Below, one piece after another: positions 61,424 through 64,000 of a stretch of 64,000 nt of DNA; position 1 is the first letter of the stretch, and each line of letters opens with the position of its first letter. The notes under the pieces were generated by a model, which worked only from the letters and a program-made list of their open reading frames with translations, was not told the DNA's origin and did no database searches. Source of the DNA: an uncultured cyanobacterium (lineage in GTDB: Bacteria > Cyanobacteriota > Cyanobacteriia > Pseudanabaenales > Pseudanabaenaceae); the NCBI GenBank assembly GCA_963703315.1, contig OY969811.1, positions 1,120,001 through 1,184,000 of the forward strand, read 5' to 3'. The position numbers and the translations under genes are program-made.

Positions 61424-61502
61424 AATGAAGTACGAGATTGTTTCCCCAACTTTGGTGGGAAAACAATCTCGTACTTCATTAGACTGTGAAATGCTACATA
61501 TA
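61424..61502. repeat. Derived family A element with extended palindrome
   Basis: aatgaagtacgagattg...caatctcgtacttcatt followed by agactgtgaaatgcta. Confidence 0.65.
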
Positions 61503-61505
61503 TAA

Positions 61506-62132
61506 TTAGAGACGTAACTCTTTGCGACCATTCTGGACAATTTTAATCATATCGATTAGCTGGGACTCAAGATTACCTAAGACGCGATCGCTATATTCAT
61601 CCGCACCCCGTTGCATATCTTGGACTTCTCCCGTCACGCGCTGATGTAACAAATCGAGATCTTTTTGGGCTTGACGGCGCATTTGGTTGACTTCATTAAG
61701 AGTCTGCGATCGCACTTGCTCACATTCTTCTTGGAGTTCACGGCGGATTTGATTTGCCTCTTGCTCAGCTTGGCGGATAATCAGAGATTCTTCTAGCATA
61801 TGACTAGCGCGTAACTCAGCAGATTTGATTAAATCTTCGGCATATTGCTGCGCTTCGGCAATCAAATCCTGTTTGTAGAGCAGGATCTCTTCTGCCTTAG
61901 CGATCGACTCAGGTACTGACAATCTTACGCGATCAATTTGCTGGCATAGTTTTTCTTCATCAATGACGGTATGCCCCATGACACGAGGTCCACTTTCTAG
62001 CACCATTTCTTCGAGATGGTCTAGCTCTTTGTGTAAGTTCATGTAGTAATCGGCTCGTGGTAAAGACGCAGGAGAGCCGTTGTTGTGGCCGTTATTAGAT
62101 TTAGTACTAGCAGTTGAGTTGTCTGTCAGCAT
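61506..62132 (-). CDS. DivIVA-like coiled-coil cell-division protein (Cdv3-like)
   Basis: 'LDHLEEMV...IDEEKLCQQIDRVRLSVPE...GADEYSDRVL...VQNGR'. Confidence 0.75.
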   Translation of the reverse strand: MLTDNSTASTKSNNGHNNGSPASLPRADYYMNLHKELDHLEEMVLESGPRVMGHTVIDEEKLCQQIDRVRLSVPESIAKAEEILLYKQDLIAEAQQYAEDLIKSAELRASHMLEESLIIRQAEQEANQIRRELQEECEQVRSQTLNEVNQMRRQAQKDLDLLHQRVTGEVQDMQRGADEYSDRVLGNLESQLIDMIKIVQNGRKELRL

Positions 62133-62320
62133 CGGGTTTGTGTAGGAAAGAGTTCAATGCTTAATTCTAGAAAAATACATCTCAAGCAGATCTTGTCAGC
62201 TAATCAGCCTAGAAATACTAGACAACATTGTAGATGAATTTTTGTGAGATCTGTAACTAGATGAACTTTTTTTGATGAGATGAGCTAGCCTATCTCATCA
62301 AAGAGTGGGCTTAGGGCATA

Positions 62321-62371
62321 AAACCAGAAGATGGGTTGCGGCGCGAAGCGCCGCAACCCATCTTCTGGTTT
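62321..62371. terminator. Family-B-like hairpin at the end of hemL
   Basis: aaaccagaagatgggttgcggcgc-gaa-gcgccgcaacccatcttctggttt. Confidence 0.75.
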
Positions 62372-63682
62372 CTAGGCAGGGATTTGCGACAATACAGCAC
62401 GGGTTGCTGCTAAGGTTGCCTCAATATCAGCATCGGTATGCGCCAATGAAGTGAAGCCAGCTTCAAACTGCGAAGGGGCAAGGTAAATACCATGCTCTAG
62501 CATTGCCCGATGGAATTTAGCAAACTTAGCAGTATCGCTAGTTTTCGCATCGTCATAGCTATAAACCTGTTTATCAGTGAAAAACATACCAAACATAGCT
62601 CCCACGATATTACCCGTAGCAGTGTGTCCAGTTTCATGGGCGATCGCTAACATCCCTTCTGCCAACTTCTTGGTGATCTGCTCTAAATATTCATAGGAAC
62701 CAGCACGCTTAAGGATTTCCATCGTCTTAATCCCTGCGGTCATCGCCAAAGGATTGCCCGACAATGTTCCTGCCTGATACATGGGACCCGCAGGAGCAAC
62801 TAGGGACATAATATCTTTGCGTCCACCATAAGCACCAACAGGCAAACCGCCACCGATGACTTTACCCATAGTGGTCAAGTCGGGAGTAATGCCAAACCGA
62901 GCCTGTGCGCCACCGTAGGAAAGACGGAAGCCTGTCATCACTTCATCAAATACTAACAAAGCACCATTAGCATGACAGAGATCTTTCAAGCCTTGCAAGA
63001 AGCCATCTTTAGGCACGATACAACCCGCATTACCAACTACTGGCTCGATAATGACACCAGAGATTTGATCGGGGTTTTCGGCAAACAACTGTTTTACTGC
63101 TTCGAGGTCGTTATAGGGAGCCGTAAGCGTATTCGCAGTGGTGGACTTAGGAACTCCAGGGGAGTCGGGTAAGCCGAGGGTCGCGACACCTGAACCCGCC
63201 TTGACCAAGAACATATCTGCGTGACCGTGATAGCATCCTTCAAATTTGATGATTTTGTCACGACCTGTAAAGGCTCGCATTAGGCGCAGTACGGACATAC
63301 AAGCTTCTGTACCAGAGTTAACAAAGCGCACCATTTCGACACTAGGTACGGCTTCGATCACCATTTCGGCAAGGGTATTTTCGAGAACGCAGGGCGCACC
63401 AAAGCTTGTGCCTTTTTCTAAGGCTTTATGCAAGGCTTCAATGACTTCGGGGTGCGAATGTCCAACGATCGCGGGTCCCCATGAACCAACGTAGTCAATA
63501 TATTTGTTACCATCGATGTCCCATGCATAAGCACCATTAACGCGATCGAAGACGATCGGCTCACCGCCAACAGACTTAAAAGCACGCACTGGGGAACTGA
63601 CCCCACCAGGCATTAGTTCTTTGGCTTTAGCAAAAATTTCTTGAGATGCTGTTGTCTTAAAAGTAGATAAATTCGCAGTCAT
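62372..63682 (-). CDS. hemL: Glutamate-1-semialdehyde 2,1-aminomutase
   Basis: [52 protein letters not shown]. Confidence 0.98.
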   Translation of the reverse strand: MTANLSTFKTTASQEIFAKAKELMPGGVSSPVRAFKSVGGEPIVFDRVNGAYAWDIDGNKYIDYVGSWGPAIVGHSHPEVIEALHKALEKGTSFGAPCVLENTLAEMVIEAVPSVEMVRFVNSGTEACMSVLRLMRAFTGRDKIIKFEGCYHGHADMFLVKAGSGVATLGLPDSPGVPKSTTANTLTAPYNDLEAVKQLFAENPDQISGVIIEPVVGNAGCIVPKDGFLQGLKDLCHANGALLVFDEVMTGFRLSYGGAQARFGITPDLTTMGKVIGGGLPVGAYGGRKDIMSLVAPAGPMYQAGTLSGNPLAMTAGIKTMEILKRAGSYEYLEQITKKLAEGMLAIAHETGHTATGNIVGAMFGMFFTDKQVYSYDDAKTSDTAKFAKFHRAMLEHGIYLAPSQFEAGFTSLAHTDADIEATLAATRAVLSQIPA

Positions 63683-63792
63683 TTTTTAACGAAGATTTTT
63701 TTTAGGTTTTGTGACTCTTTCCAAACTCAATTTAACTTAGCAATGATCCAAGCGTCACGCAAATCGCATATAAAGTTGCAAAAGACAAAACC

Positions 63793-63831
63793 AAAATAGA
63801 AGGACGGCGCTTCGCGCCGTCCTTCTATTTT
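63793..63831. repeat. GC-TTC-GC hairpin upstream of hemL
   Basis: aaaatagaaggacggcgc-ttc-gcgccgtccttctatttt. Confidence 0.7.
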
Positions 63832-64000
63832 TGGATCTGAATCTTAGATGATTTATGAGAGTGCAGTTACTTTCATAAACCATCTAGGAGCGCCCTAAAT
63901 GATATTTTAAAGATTTAATTATGATATAATAGCGATTAAAAATATTTGTGTCGCAATAATACTTAAAATTTTTGCATTTATGAAAAAGCATTCGACGTTT

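Overview
Chromosomal window from a HIP1 (GCGATCGC)-rich cyanobacterium. A Pseudanabaena-like host is my inference and cannot be proven from the window. Core genes are tamB-like, DPOR chlN-chlB-chlL, gpmI, lysC, two lepB, cysS, a dcm-type MTase, a BMP ABC transporter, an SLH porin, ychF, thiS, rpoZ, a proA-like gene, ycf37, mnmA, a cdv3-like gene, hemL, tRNA-Leu(TAG) and tRNA-Val(GAC). These are interleaved with accessory blocks. The most notable items are: (1) a three-gene unit encoding a membrane-anchored protein (putative longin/roadblock-like domain, then TM, BON, BON, OmpA), a Rab-like small GTPase and a cytoplasmic PAS hybrid histidine kinase; (2) a HlyD + PilZ cellulose-synthase-like GT2 + GH10 xylanase cluster; (3) a proteobacterial/picocyanobacterial-type DPOR operon in a HIP1-rich host; (4) a tRNA-Val-linked defence island (PLD-SNF2 helicase, N6-adenine MTase, DUF29 and TA genes) whose MTase is truncated by an IS1634, itself disrupted by a MITE with the same termini; (5) an unannotated ~290-nt transcription unit carrying a 24-codon ORF; (6) several families of TA-flanked hairpin miniature elements showing arm copying and loop inversion. 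All protein calls come from motif recognition by eye; no searches were run.
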